A stretch of DNA of 64,000 nucleotides, from contig JBITNC010000001.1 of NCBI GenBank assembly GCA_050084985.1, forward strand, positions 147,498,001 through 147,562,000. Direction: 5' to 3'. Below, in pieces: positions 40,047-51,678 of this stretch. A program made the translations under genes and the position numbers. Source of the DNA: Nageia nagi. Taxonomy: Eukaryota > Plantae > Pinophyta. The notes under the pieces were generated by a model. That model did not search any database, was not told where the DNA came from, and saw nothing but the letters and a program-made list of their open reading frames with translations. Positions within the stretch are counted from its first letter, which is position 1. Each line of letters starts with the position of its first letter.

Positions 40047-40190
40047 ACACATGACCACACATGACTACACATGACCACACATGATAAAACATGATCGCAC
40101 AAGATAACACATGACCACACATGACCACACATGACTACACATGGCAACACATGACCACACATAACCACACATGATAACACATAACCATAC
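40047..40190. repeat. 10-bp minisatellite (ACACATGACC)n, ~14 units
   Basis: Directly visible. Confidence 0.93.
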
Positions 40191-40267
40191 CAAGAACTTA
40201 TAGATAAGACAACATATGACATATGATAACTTTGACAAGCACAAGTGAATAGCATATTATAGTAGAA

Positions 40268-40822
40268 TGGGAGCTCTACTCTGCACCAAGAGGCCTGCTA
40301 TAATATGATAAGAGCTAAGCTCTACATAACTACAACATAATGGAAGCTAAGACTTTGCACCAAGAAGCATATTGCAGCCATATAAGAATTGAACTCCATA
40401 TCATGTATACATGGTAGCTAAGACTTTGCACCAAGAGGCATGATATGATGAGAGCTAAAGCTCTACAGTAAGAGGCATGATATGATGAGAGCTAAAACTC
40501 TACACCAAGAGGCATGACATGATGAGAGCTAAAACTCTATGCCAAGAGGCATGATATGATGAGAGCTAAAACTCTACACCAAGAGGCATGATATGATGAG
40601 AACTAAAACTTTGCATTAAGAGGCATGATATGATAAGAGCTAAAACTCTGCATCACAAGGCATGATATGATGAAAGTTGAAACTCTCCACTAAGAGACAT
40701 GATGTGATGAGAGTTGAAACTTTATGCCAATAGGCATGATAATATGTGATAACATTTAAATTATCATGCTAAAGAACCATGAGGTCTATGTGGGAGCTAA
40801 AAATATATGCCAAGAGGCATAT
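40268..40822. repeat. 37-bp tandem array (ATGAGAGCTAAAACTCTACACCAAGAGGCATGATATG)n
   Basis: About 9 regular units at 40415-40745 with diverged units on both sides; two related copies also at ~43665-43740. Confidence 0.93.
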
Positions 40823-41279
40823 AACAAAATACAATCCAAGATATAGCCATAAAGGTAATTCTTCATCATGTCTAGCAAATCAAGATGTTCAATTTGATGA
40901 AACAAGGAACACAAGTGGTATATTCTGATAAAAGCACACCACCAATAATCCTTAATGCAAAAGAAGATCATGAATTATCCTTTTCTTAAGGAATTTTTGA
41001 AAATTGTAAAACCTAGACAATGGCATATTTCTTGCTAATTCTAACTAACTACTTCATTTGTCTACTTGTAATCCATAGTTGCATAAATTGAGACTATTTA
41101 GGAATATGTGCTCTTGAAATCTTATAAAAAGGGCTTGACCCCCTTTCATTATCACTTGCTTTCATTTTGAGAGTGGAGAGCACTTTGGATTTTTGGGAAC
41201 CTATTCAGTGGGTTTTTATTTCTAATTATGCTACTATTAATCTATAATTGTTTTTACTTATTTTCTATAGCTTCCTATT

Positions 41280-43536
41280 ATGGCTTTATCAATTACACAT
41301 TAGGAGGGACATAGAACTACTTTGGTGATGAACTCTCCTGCTAATCATTAGGTAAATCATCTTTACCTATCTTTTTTTTGATATATTCTTGCTTTTTTTC
41401 TAAATTTATATAGTTTTTCTATAAACCCAACATTTTTTCCCTAGGGTATCACTTGTTAGAACACATGATTTTATTTTTTATTTTTAGTGCTATTTTTCAT
41501 TTTTCTATCTCTATGACCATGTGTCTTTTTCATATGACCCTATACATGAAATTTTACTATCATCTTGTATAGGAAGAGGGCCATTGGTGGTCCCTTCTAC
41601 CCTAGTTTGGACCATGGGTGGTCCTCTTTACTATTCTTAGACTATTGACGATCCTTTTTTATCTATCTGTAAAACCCAAAAAAATGCAATTATGATTAAA
41701 ACTAACTTACCTTTTGGGTGATTTTTGCTAGGATCTTAGCTATTACATGAGGGCTTCCAAAAAAAGTATTGCTTTCATTATTGCTCAGTAATGGCCCTAA
41801 TCAAAGGAGATTTGGAACACACTTGAGGCTATTTCCTTGAGTTATTTGGCTTTTACTAATTATATTTACCATGAATAGGACATGCTAATAGCTTTGATGG
41901 AAATGTAGGATCCTAATTCCAACACCTCTCACTTACCCATTGGGAAGATTATAGTGACACTAGAGGATATATATAGGATCACTAGGCTACCTATCAGAGG
42001 TAAGATAGTGAATATGATTCTTGTTCCTAGCATGGAATGAGTAGAGGAGTGGGTTATACAGCTCATAATATTGGATGAGATAAATCATAAGAAGAGGGGA
42101 GTTTCTCTAATGTGACATGTACTAGAGGATCCTCTAGAATGAGATGACCTATGTTGAGGTTCCTCATCACCTACCTATTGGATGCTATTATCTATCCAAA
42201 TAATAGCAACAAGACATTTCTTATATGAATGGTTCCTATCATCATGGACATGGTTTTACATAAGCAGTAGTATGTATGGTGCCCAACTATCTTGGCATAA
42301 TTATATCATGATTTGAATTCATTTATTGAGGTGCAGAGAGAGGGGAGATAGGTGGCTCACTCTATGATACTATAGGTATGAGCTTATGATCACATAGCCA
42401 TCTCTATACTGACCTCTCTACCACTAGAACTACCCGATGATGTGCCCACATGGTAGCTATGGGAAACTACATAGGGTCTTGACTTTCCTAATGTTGACCT
42501 TGAGGGATGGAGGATATGGTTTAACACACTTAAGAAATCTTATATGTACTAGCATCCCTATAGGTATGCCCCAAAATGGGATGAGGATATGCACAAGCTC
42601 GCCTAGGTGAGATACTCTACATACATTTAGGCACATAGGGCATTGGTTGAGCCATACAAGCTAGAGTGAGTACTTTGGTAGTTTAGGATGTAGCAAGGAA
42701 TACCATATGATTATGGGATAGTAGTATGCTACTATTGTAATAGGGAGTTTATAGAGGACTATGAGCTAGTACTAGATTAGGATTTTGAGTGGACATCCCC
42801 CAGTGAGGACTCTAATTTCAAGGGTGACCTAGATATAGATGCTCTTAAGCATACCAAGGATTATCTAGACTGGTGGTGAGGATGTAATCCTCACCATCTA
42901 GGCATACATAAGGTGGACCAAGCTAAGGATGATGGAGGCAAAGATGACACAGGGGATGCATAGACTAGGTGGGACATAGGATACACTTAGGTAGGGTGGG
43001 GTTCATATAACATGAGCGATGCACATGACAAGACATTCAATGTAAGTCATGATGATAATGAGGAGATTGACCCAGACCAAGATGATTATGAGCCAGACAT
43101 AGAGAGAGATACAGATGCAACCAAAGATGAGGAATATGATGATGGTATTTATTTTTCTTATCTTATATATTTTTATTTTTATTTTGTTTATTAATGCATG
43201 TGATATTAATATGTTATTTCCATGTTATTTGTAGTTGATGATGATCCTAAACTTGATGTGGCCCAGTTACATAGGCTTATAGAACAAAAGGATGCTAAAA
43301 TCAAAGAGCTACAAGGCCAACTACAATACAAAGGAGGAGACTATGCTAGTCTATACCAAGACCTACAAAGAGCAAATGCATAGATCCAAGATCTATATGA
43401 GCATTTATGCAAGGTTGAGAGATAAGTAGGTGAAAAGAAAGTGAGAGCTAAGAAATACAAGGTTAGATGTGGGGGTAGTGGTTACAGTAGGGCTACTAGT
43501 TCTAGTGTAGGGGAAGGAGGTCCTATTGGGAGGTGA
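41280..43536 (+). pseudogene. Spliced PMD gene, antisense within the gag-only element
   Basis: TATAAAAA at 41123; ATG at 41280; intron 41352-41731 (GTAAAT...ACTAAC...CTAG). Exon reads MLIALMEM*DPNSNTSHLPIGKIIVTLEDIYRITRLPIRG..LQV*AYDH..Y..W. Acidic linker, then intron 43145-43234 (GT..AG, in-frame join), a coiled-coil tail and TGA at 43534-43536. Confidence 0.88.
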
Positions 43537-43949
43537 TAGCTTTAGGCATATGATGATCACTTAGTCATGCTAAGATTTTGTAAAATGATAAGCCTTTTTA
43601 TGGTATATAAAATATAACCTTTATTTATTTGCTTTGTTATTTTTGACATGTATTCATGATAAGTATAAGAGCTAAAACTCTATGCTAAGAGGCTTGCAAG
43701 GATATAGTGATATAGGAGCTAAAATTGCACACCAAGGGCATTCATCATTTTTTATTTTTATAAAATTTAGCTAGAAAAGAGGACCATTCTTGTCATGACA
43801 TCAAAATGATCCCCCATTTTCTCCATCATGACACTAATTAGTTCATCTATCCTATTATCAGTTCCATTAGTATTAGTAAGATCATGCATGTCTACCAAAT
43901 GACGTAACCAAAGGGCCTCATGCCCCCAATGGTAGTAGGTTCATTATGT

Positions 43950-45430
43950 TGTTTTCCTTGTTGTGCCCCTATGAAAATGGGCCCTTTCATCATATTTTAT
44001 TATGTATACAATATTCCTTCATTATGTTATGGCATGGGGTTCTTGTAAATCCCTAATTTCTCATTATCTACATGTATATGAGTTTTTTTCTCTTCTTCTT
44101 ATTTTTCAAATGATATTACTTTCTTGTTCACCAAATCTTGTATGGTATCTTTAAAATTCTTGCATTCATACATTTTATATCCATAAACTCTATGATATAC
44201 AAAAAATCCTCCTAAAATTTTAGTGGCTTTTTGGATGGGTGGTAGTTGGATGAAATCCTTTTGTAGCAATGATTGTAACAACTCATCATGGTCTTCCGTA
44301 ATCTTGGTGTATACCTGAGGAGTTTTTTTCTTGGTTGGACAAGGTGTTCCTTTCATTATTGTAACTATTGCTATCATTCTCATAGTTGATGATTTCCTTT
44401 CCTCTCTTTTAAATTTCTAAGAATTAATTTTCACCATGTGTTTCTATTTTCAAATTATAGACATAATCATCTTGGAGAGGGGTTGCTCTAGATAGTTGAA
44501 AAATTCTAGTATCATCTCATCTCTAAGGGATTTTATCAACATATATTTTAGCTCTTTTTCACTCAGATTTATAAATGTTGCTATTTTCCTCCATGCTTTT
44601 ACAAATTCATCAAATGATTGGTTCTCACCTTGTTTCATTCTCACTAAATCAACAAGATATTGATTTAGGAAATCTTATTTCAATTACTCATAATTGGTGA
44701 TACTTTGATTTTCAAGACTATAAAACCATTTGGAAGCTTCTTTCACTAAACTAAGTTGAAATAATCTTGCTAACATATCTGTATCATGTTAATGGTTACA
44801 AGTTGCTTCCTTAAAGAACATGATGTGTATTCTTGGATCACTAATGCCATCATATTTACTAAAATCTATATCTTACCCTTCCCATGTTTTGCCTTTTATT
44901 TTTGAAAAAAAGGGGTGCCTTTCATTTAGTTGTTCACCCTTTTTTTCTTTACTCAATAATGTTAACCTCTTTAGTTTTTTAGCCATTACTTTCAATTGTG
45001 CCATTCTTTTCTCTAATTTCTTTTTTTTCTATTTTGTGTAGTTACATTATTATCATTTTTCTCATTCTCTAAGAGATTAGGTTTTTTAGTTTCTTCCTCA
45101 TTCTCATATTCAAGTATTTCATAGGTAATTATCCCAATTTGATCTCTCCATTCTTGGATTAGTTATCTATCTAATTCTTTTATAATTTACCTTACACATA
45201 GTTGAGCTTTTTGATAATACTGTGTACCTATTGTTTTTCTCACTTCCAACTCTTTAATCCTTTTTTCTCTATCTAACTAATAAGGGTAAGCATTGATAAG
45301 TTCTTATGCCATAGGGTCAATTTCAAGTTCTATATTTGTTTCACTATCTGACTCATCATTAAATTCTATCATCTCATCATTTGAATGTTCATAATCAACC
45401 TCTTATTGTGTTATTGGTTCATGAATTTTG
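43950..45430 (-). pseudogene. Tat/Ogre-type gag (decayed)
   Basis: ORFs 44450-44644 (RMKQGENQSFDEFVKAWRK) and 44099-44383 (C-terminal knuckle-like FVYHRVYGYKMYECKNFKDTIQDLV); upstream DPRIHI..F...LFQLSLVKEASKWFYSL. Confidence 0.85.
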
Positions 45431-46156
45431 AAATTTTCCACTAGTGTTAGGGATGATGAAGGTTAATGAAGGTTTAACTTAGGGACGAAAGGATTTTGGT
45501 TAGGAAAAAGTATACAAAGATTCACATGGCTTTCCATAGAAAAATAGGCCATAAATGATCCATTTCAATAGAATTTAGATAGCAAGTGGTCCTATTTTAA
45601 TCTGTTAAGGTGTACAACAAAAGGGCTAGCTTAGCAAGCAGTATCCTAGAAGGTGACCTAAGACTGCTTACAATTAAAAATTCATAGATGATATGCAATG
45701 AATGAGCTATGGTAGGATCTTTGGTAAACCTATAGAATATCCCAAGTCATTTTATAAATTCTTACACCAACCTTAGTTTATCTTCCATGAGTCTTAGATT
45801 ATTAGATTTTTTAGATCGATAGAGGGCTAATTGCAATTTATTTTCAAAAGGTTGAACTATTTATTTTTCAGGGTTCTCATTATCTTCTAAATCCCCATGA
45901 TAAGATTCATCATCTATTATTTCTATACTTGTTTTTCTAGGGTAATTATCTTTATAATCTCCATGGTAAGATTCATCATTTGAAAATTTGGTTTCAATAG
46001 CCAAAGGGACACTATCTTTATTTAAACTAGCCCTTTTTCTTATTGATGTCATACCTTTCCATAAATTTCTTCTTCTTTTTCTTTTAGTTGGCTTAAGTTT
46101 TGATTGGTTTAATGGGAAGAGATCTAATGAATTGTTTTTTTTTTTTTAAGTTACGG

Positions 46157-46174
46157 TTCACATCAGGTTCACCA
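46157..46174 (-). promoter_or_regulatory. PBS complementary to tRNA-Trp
   Basis: Plus strand TTCACATCAGGTTCACCA equals the plant tRNA-Trp(CCA) 3' end TTCACGTCGGGTTCACCA (recalled sequence) with two CpG transitions; it lies 2 nt from the LTR. Confidence 0.85.
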
Positions 46175-46176
46175 AA

Positions 46177-46997
46177 TGTTTACAAATATTTTGAGGATGC
46201 AAATAAATAAATAATTACAAACCTATGATACTTATTTCAAGCTACGGATAGCAATTTAGACCACACAAAAAAATAGATGAAGAAGATAGCCACTCTAAAA
46301 TTAGGATGACAATACCAATCAAGAACTATAATTTATGTACTTACCTTACAAAGCATACCTAACACCCAAGAATGATGATATATTTGATGTGTTGATGGTA
46401 AAAGAATCCTAATCTAGAAGCTATGACCTGAAATATTGCAAAAATAGGATTTTAGGTGATCTATACAATGTTCAAAAGGAGCATTGATGGTGTATTTAGC
46501 ATGAATAAAGAGTAGTAATAGTCTTTTTTAGAGTGCATTTTGTTCTCAAATCAAGTTAAGTACTCACATATGGATGTTTCAAATAGAGATGTGATATCAA
46601 TGTAGATCATCAGTGTTAGAATAGCTCGCACAAGGATGTACACAAACCATAGCCTTGAATGGTGGCATCAAGAGACACCTAAAGGATTGCCACCACCAAG
46701 ACCAAATATGGGATCATGTATCTCCTTGATTTGTACTTACTATTAGATCTCTATTTATATAGATGATAATATGAGCTACTCTTTAGGTTAGCATGTACCT
46801 ACATAAACAAGGCTAGCCCATAATACATAATGATATTCAAGACAACCATTGATATCATAACCATATGTAAAATAAACTTTGACATTATGATCATATTCAA
46901 TATAAGCATTGATATCATAGCATTAAATATTCTAGGTGTGTATTAGTGCAAGCAAATGTATTTATTTAAATGCATAAATAAATTTTATGCAATAACA
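46177..46997 (-). repeat. 5' LTR of the gag-only element
   Basis: TGTTTACAAATATT...GCAATAACA, adjacent to the PBS. Confidence 0.93.
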
Positions 46998-49799
46998 CTA
47001 GCCAAGGCCTCACTTGGGCTTCTCTATTGATCCATTTGTATTGCATAGGCTCTAATGGCACATTTTGTTGCATACTAAACTATCTTTAATCTGCTAAAAG
47101 TGAAATACCTCTACATCTCATACATGGCTCCCTCATAAGTGTCATATCTTCCTCATGTAAGTTACATGTACTCCTCGAGCCAGTAGGGATGTATCTCTAT
47201 GGCTTGTAAATGATATCCTACAATTGTAACCTAGCTAAAATAAGCCTATACCAATCAATATGACCCTCATAGTATTATTGTTATGCCCTCTCTAGTTCAC
47301 AAGGCCATCATTATGCAAATGATAGCTCTTGTCAGTGACCAATGGAATATCGATCATCATGTCATCTATATACACCATCATAGGTAGGCTATTCAATCAT
47401 GCAAATTGAATATGCTCCCAATCCCATGTCTAATATGCTTCCAATCCCATGTATAATATGCTCCCAAGCCCATACCTATATTAATAGTAAGATACTCACA
47501 CCTCATTTCCCTCTCATGGCTCCTCATAGTTCTCTATAAGTTTGTAATAACAATGTTGGCCCCCATACAAAGACTATCCACTCTTATACCAACTAAATCA
47601 CCACTTTGAACATGTTCCAAGGGAACCTAGGTGTTGAGGAATCTAGTAGCACAAATGATGAGATTAGTAGCATGATAAGTGTCTCTCATCATCTTAGTAG
47701 ATGAAAAGTCATATAGAGGTTCTATCTGCAGACCTCCTCCTTAGATTTCCCAAGTGTAATAGCCATCTCTTAAATATGGCTACATCATTACCCTATTAAT
47801 TGCTACCATCACTAGCTTGCCCTCTATTAGTATGTGGAAGATGTGATATATAACCTCAAATGTTAAGGTCAGCTCCCTATAGGGAGTAGGAATGTGTATC
47901 TATTAGGATTAAATTGCTCCCTCTATGTATCCATGTATGAGATATTTCCCATAGTTTTATGGATGTATTAAGCACTCATGAGGCCTAATGCCTCAAGCTA
48001 ATACCAGTCATCTTTGTACATTATATCACACACTCTTGCCAAGAGTGGTCAAAACTTGTGCTAAATTCTTATTTGGCATACATTTTGATAGGTAGTCAAT
48101 GTATATTTTTATCAATCAACATGTTTCTACATGTATTTTATAGGATTTTTTTAAGAAAAAATTTTAATTTGTAATTATATAAAAATGCTATTCCAATTAG
48201 TTTTGAAATCTTGAAAATAGCAAAATTTCTATAGATAGGCTATTCCCATGTATTTTTGTCTATTTTACTTGGGAAAAAATTTGCAATTCTAAAAATAGCA
48301 AAATTGTTATAAATAGCACTTTAAAAAATCATACTATTTAAGTCTATCTTTGGTGTATGTTTGATGTTTGTTTAGTGGTTTACCAAATATCATAGTTTTG
48401 ATTGTCAAATTATGATTTTATCTTTATCAATCAAAATCATCTTAATATGGGTGATTTACAAAATCATCTAGATGATTTGTAAAGTCATCCCCATCCTGAG
48501 TGACCCTAAATCAAATCATCCCCTAGTGGGACAATTTGCAATAGTCTAAATGCAAAAAATTAGAAACATATCTCCAAATTTACAAAAACTTACAAAAAAT
48601 ATTAAAGAAACAACATAAAGCAAAATTTATGTTCATTTTTAATCAAAAACTAAATATTTGAAAGTTGTTAAATTAGTGGGTGTTATTATTAGCATCATTA
48701 TTTCATTTTCTTTCCTATGTGTAGACTGGGGTTGAGCAATATTCGATGTTTTTGGGCATCTCTATTTCATTATCTACCATTATCATATTTCAAGTTCATT
48801 AGTATCTCATTGACATATCATTTACACTTATTATTTTGGAACCCCTTATTTATTTTTCTATTAGGTGAGGAGATTATTATTATGTATAATCTTGCTATCC
48901 CTATATGGGGTATCATATTATACTTATTTTTAGTAGGCTAAATCCCTAAATTCATGGTTCATTGTAAATATTACCTAAGAACCTATTTATTTTAAATAAA
49001 TAAAAGAAGCATTATACCCAAGGAAGAATTAACCAAGGAGTGGTTGAGAGCCTACCTTTTTTATTAATGGATCCTCCCCTAGTCCCCCTCCACCACCACA
49101 TACTGATCCTAGAGCAACCATTTTAGCATTGATCTCCCAATCCTAGTATGATATTTACCCCTTTGTGTACCCTAGATTTATAACCTCTTTATTGATTTTG
49201 TTTATAATTGCATAGGTCAAATTATCAAAAGTAGATAAGCACAAAATTGCCAAATGATAGAGCTCTAAAGTAAAAAGTTACAATGAAAGTGATAGCATAA
49301 AATCCTAATTGATTTTTATTTTTATTTTCACATCCAATCAGATCATCCCAATGATTCTATAACCCTTATCATTTAGATGACCTATAGTCATTTGGACAAC
49401 TAGTTATGTAATATTTCACCCTTGTCATTATTATCATTTTTCTCAATTTCTCTACTTATTTTATCAAATGGGCATATGTCATTCCTTGTCACACCTAACA
49501 TCTTCCCACTTGAGGCAAAGAGATTTATACACTTCATTTTTTATCAAAATTTTTACAAATTCTTATCAAGTTAGTCATTAATTTTTGTTAGATACATCTC
49601 AAATACATGGTCAAAAGTTTTACATTACAAGTGTTCTCATGATAGTATTGTTCAACATGATCTATTGGCAATCAACATATTCAAATATCATCATGGTTGA
49701 CATTGGTATTTCTCTTATTCAAGCATTGTATTCCTATGTGCTATGGTTGAATGCTTGGTAGGTCTATGAGCCTATTGTCACTATTTCTTTTTTTCATAT

Positions 49800-50110
49800 T
49801 CCCTTCAACTTTTGGGGCAAAGTAGAGATTACTTGGTACTTATTTTTCCTTTAGCTACTAGGGAAAAGTATAGATCATTTGACACTTATTTTTCCTTTAG
49901 ATGTTAGGATAAAGTAGTGATCATTTAGCACTTATTTTCCCTTTAGTTTTTTGGGGCAAAGTAGAGATTATTTGGTACTTATTTTCCTTCAGCTATTGGT
50001 GCAAAGCAAAGATCATTTTGTTAGACTCCCTCTAGCTACTAGGTCAAAGCAAAGATCATTTATTTTTATTACCCTTAAATTGTTGGTGCAAAGAAGAGAT
50101 CATTTTCCTT
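49800..50110. repeat. ~46-bp tandem array (7 units) in the 3' UTR of the host Tat element
   Basis: Units TTGGGGCAAAGTAGAGATYATTTGGTACTTATTTTTCCTTTAGCTA start near 49812, 49858, 49904, 49951, 49996, 50039 and 50083. Confidence 0.9.
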
Positions 50111-50230
50111 TTTTTTACATTTATTTTAGATTCCCTTTCTATATTAATTTTAGATTAAATTATATTTGGCTTATTATTTTAATGACTATCTAATATGTGA
50201 AAATGTGAAAGAATCTCTCCAAGGAAACAA

Positions 50231-51400
50231 TGTGTATGGATGAATATATATAGTTAATAGATAAATACTATTACATTATCATCTAGCTGGAGGAATTGGG
50301 TACAAAATAAGATGCTTTAACTATCAATAATCAAGGAATCTATAGAAACATTACTTAAGCAAAACTAAGTAAATCTTAAGCTCTGAAGTAACATCAAAGA
50401 GGTAAGAGGATCAAGTGTACAATGCCTAGAATTTAAGGAAATGTATCACAACTAGGTGCTTGGAGCTAAGTAGGAAATGGAGAAGCCCAACAATAATGAA
50501 AATACTTTTAAGTGTTGTCATACTAAGAGTGTTGTAGAGCATACTATTTCATCTAGAAATGTAGAGTTGTGGGAGAATGTCAAGTAAAAAAAGGAGAATC
50601 TAATGGTACTAAATAATGAAGCCTAAATAATCATAATCATGATCTTGCAAACTCATAATCATTCAAGCAATCCTAACAATGATGTTTATAAATAATTTTC
50701 ATGGGCTTCATTTCCAAGAATTTCTTAATTTTTAAGTATTTTGAGTGTAAATTCAAGGGTTTTAACATCAATTCTTGAGCATTCATCTTAGACCCATTGG
50801 ATCACATCTCCCTCCATGGTTGATTAAGTATCTTTTAGGCTTTAGGATTATTTTACTATTAATGGTGGATTTCATGGCTTTTATAGGTTTTTTATCATAT
50901 CTTTAATCACACTTTGAATCTTTTATCCTCCATTAATATTATATTCTCTTAATTGATTGGTATATAGGAATGTTTAGTCTAATTTGTTTAGCTAGGGTGG
51001 CCTTTAATTTCTAAACCTTAATGTTGGTATATTATTTATATTTATTTAGCTTAAATTATCTTAGATCCATCCTCATTTACTATAATTATCCATAGATCTT
51101 TGTATACATTATTCATATTTGTACATGGTCCTAATTATCATATATATTTGAGCATTTATCATACATATTATCAATATTTAGTCACATCTTGTTAATATCA
51201 TTAGATCTATTCATTATCATATGAAGTTGTGTATCATTTTCATAAAACACATATATCTAGTTTCTATCATCCTTTTTGTTTAGGATTAGGGGGCCTACTC
51301 TCTTGTTGATTTGGGGTTTCACCCTTATTAATTAGTCAAAATACCTCAAGGTCTTGTGATTTGAGGTTCCTCATATTATTTATCTACTTAGCAGGTCTCT
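50231..51400 (+). repeat. Probable 3' LTR of the host Tat element (right end uncertain)
   Basis: TGTGTATGGA directly after the PPT-like tract; no partner LTR in the window. Confidence 0.5.
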
Positions 51401-51678
51401 AGACATCTTGTCATCTCAAGCATAAAGGACATATCTATACCCCATTCTTTATCATTTTATCTCATCACATCAAAGGAAAGATTAGTTGTAACATTTAGTT
51501 TTCTTGAGATTATTAATAAGGTGTGTTGATTGGTCTAAGGTATAAGAAAATAAGCATTACAATATCTAATTAAATCCCCTCCCATATCATTGCATCATAT
51601 AGAATGAAGCTAGAAACCTTGATTTTATGCTCATTTTGTGATATTATGATCTAATAAAATATCCATATTTTTTAACAT

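Larger units (their letters stand above)
38984..46997 (-). mobile_element. Non-autonomous Tat-type LTR element: gag only plus antisense PMD gene, TSD (C/T)TAGC
   Basis: LTRs 38984-39804 and 46177-46997 (~85-90% by eye). TTAGC at 38979-38983 and CTAGC at 46998-47002. tRNA-Trp PBS at 46157-46174; PPT AAAGTGGGGCATA (rc of 39805-39817); gag ~43950-45430; no PR, RT, RH or INT. Confidence 0.93.
38010..48090 (-). pseudogene. Antisense Plant Mobile Domain (PMD, aminotransferase-like) ORF of the host Ogre/Tat element; parts 46998-48090 and 38010-38983
   Basis: EQFNPNRYTFLLPIGELTLTFEVIYHIFHILIEGKLV (~47810-47920) matches the PMD motif ERW..ETHTFHLP.GE.T.TLEDV..IL.LPI.G. R*FSMQQNVP..RPW|LTYIEPD..MTTYNA*W rejoins in frame across the TSD, then an acidic and coiled-coil tail follows. 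Confidence 0.82.
19600..50230 (+). mobile_element. Ty3/gypsy Ogre/Tat-type host element (5' end missing), split by insertions at 21900-34106 and 38984-46997
   Basis: RT (KDDFPLPNIDILV, GYNQI, PFGINNVNATY), RNase H (KKLRHYMLNH), archaeal-type RNase H (FKLNFPCSNNNMKYEPLILGL), integrase HTCHD|GTYGGHFNG..ILRMGYYWSTME rejoined across the insertion and ending ~35043. Then a long 3' region with an antisense PMD ORF, a tandem array and a PPT-like AAGGAAACAA at 50221-50230. Confidence 0.88.

Noticed and set aside
39926-40255. 109-aa Cys/His/Val-rich ORF
   Set aside because: It is a translation of the 10-bp minisatellite.
40268-40822. 37-bp array as a CRISPR array
   Set aside because: Head-to-tail units have no unique spacers, there are no cas genes, and it lies in a plant retrotransposon 3' UTR.
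46157-46174. tRNA-Trp gene
   Set aside because: Only the 3'-terminal 18 nt next to an LTR are present, so it is a PBS.
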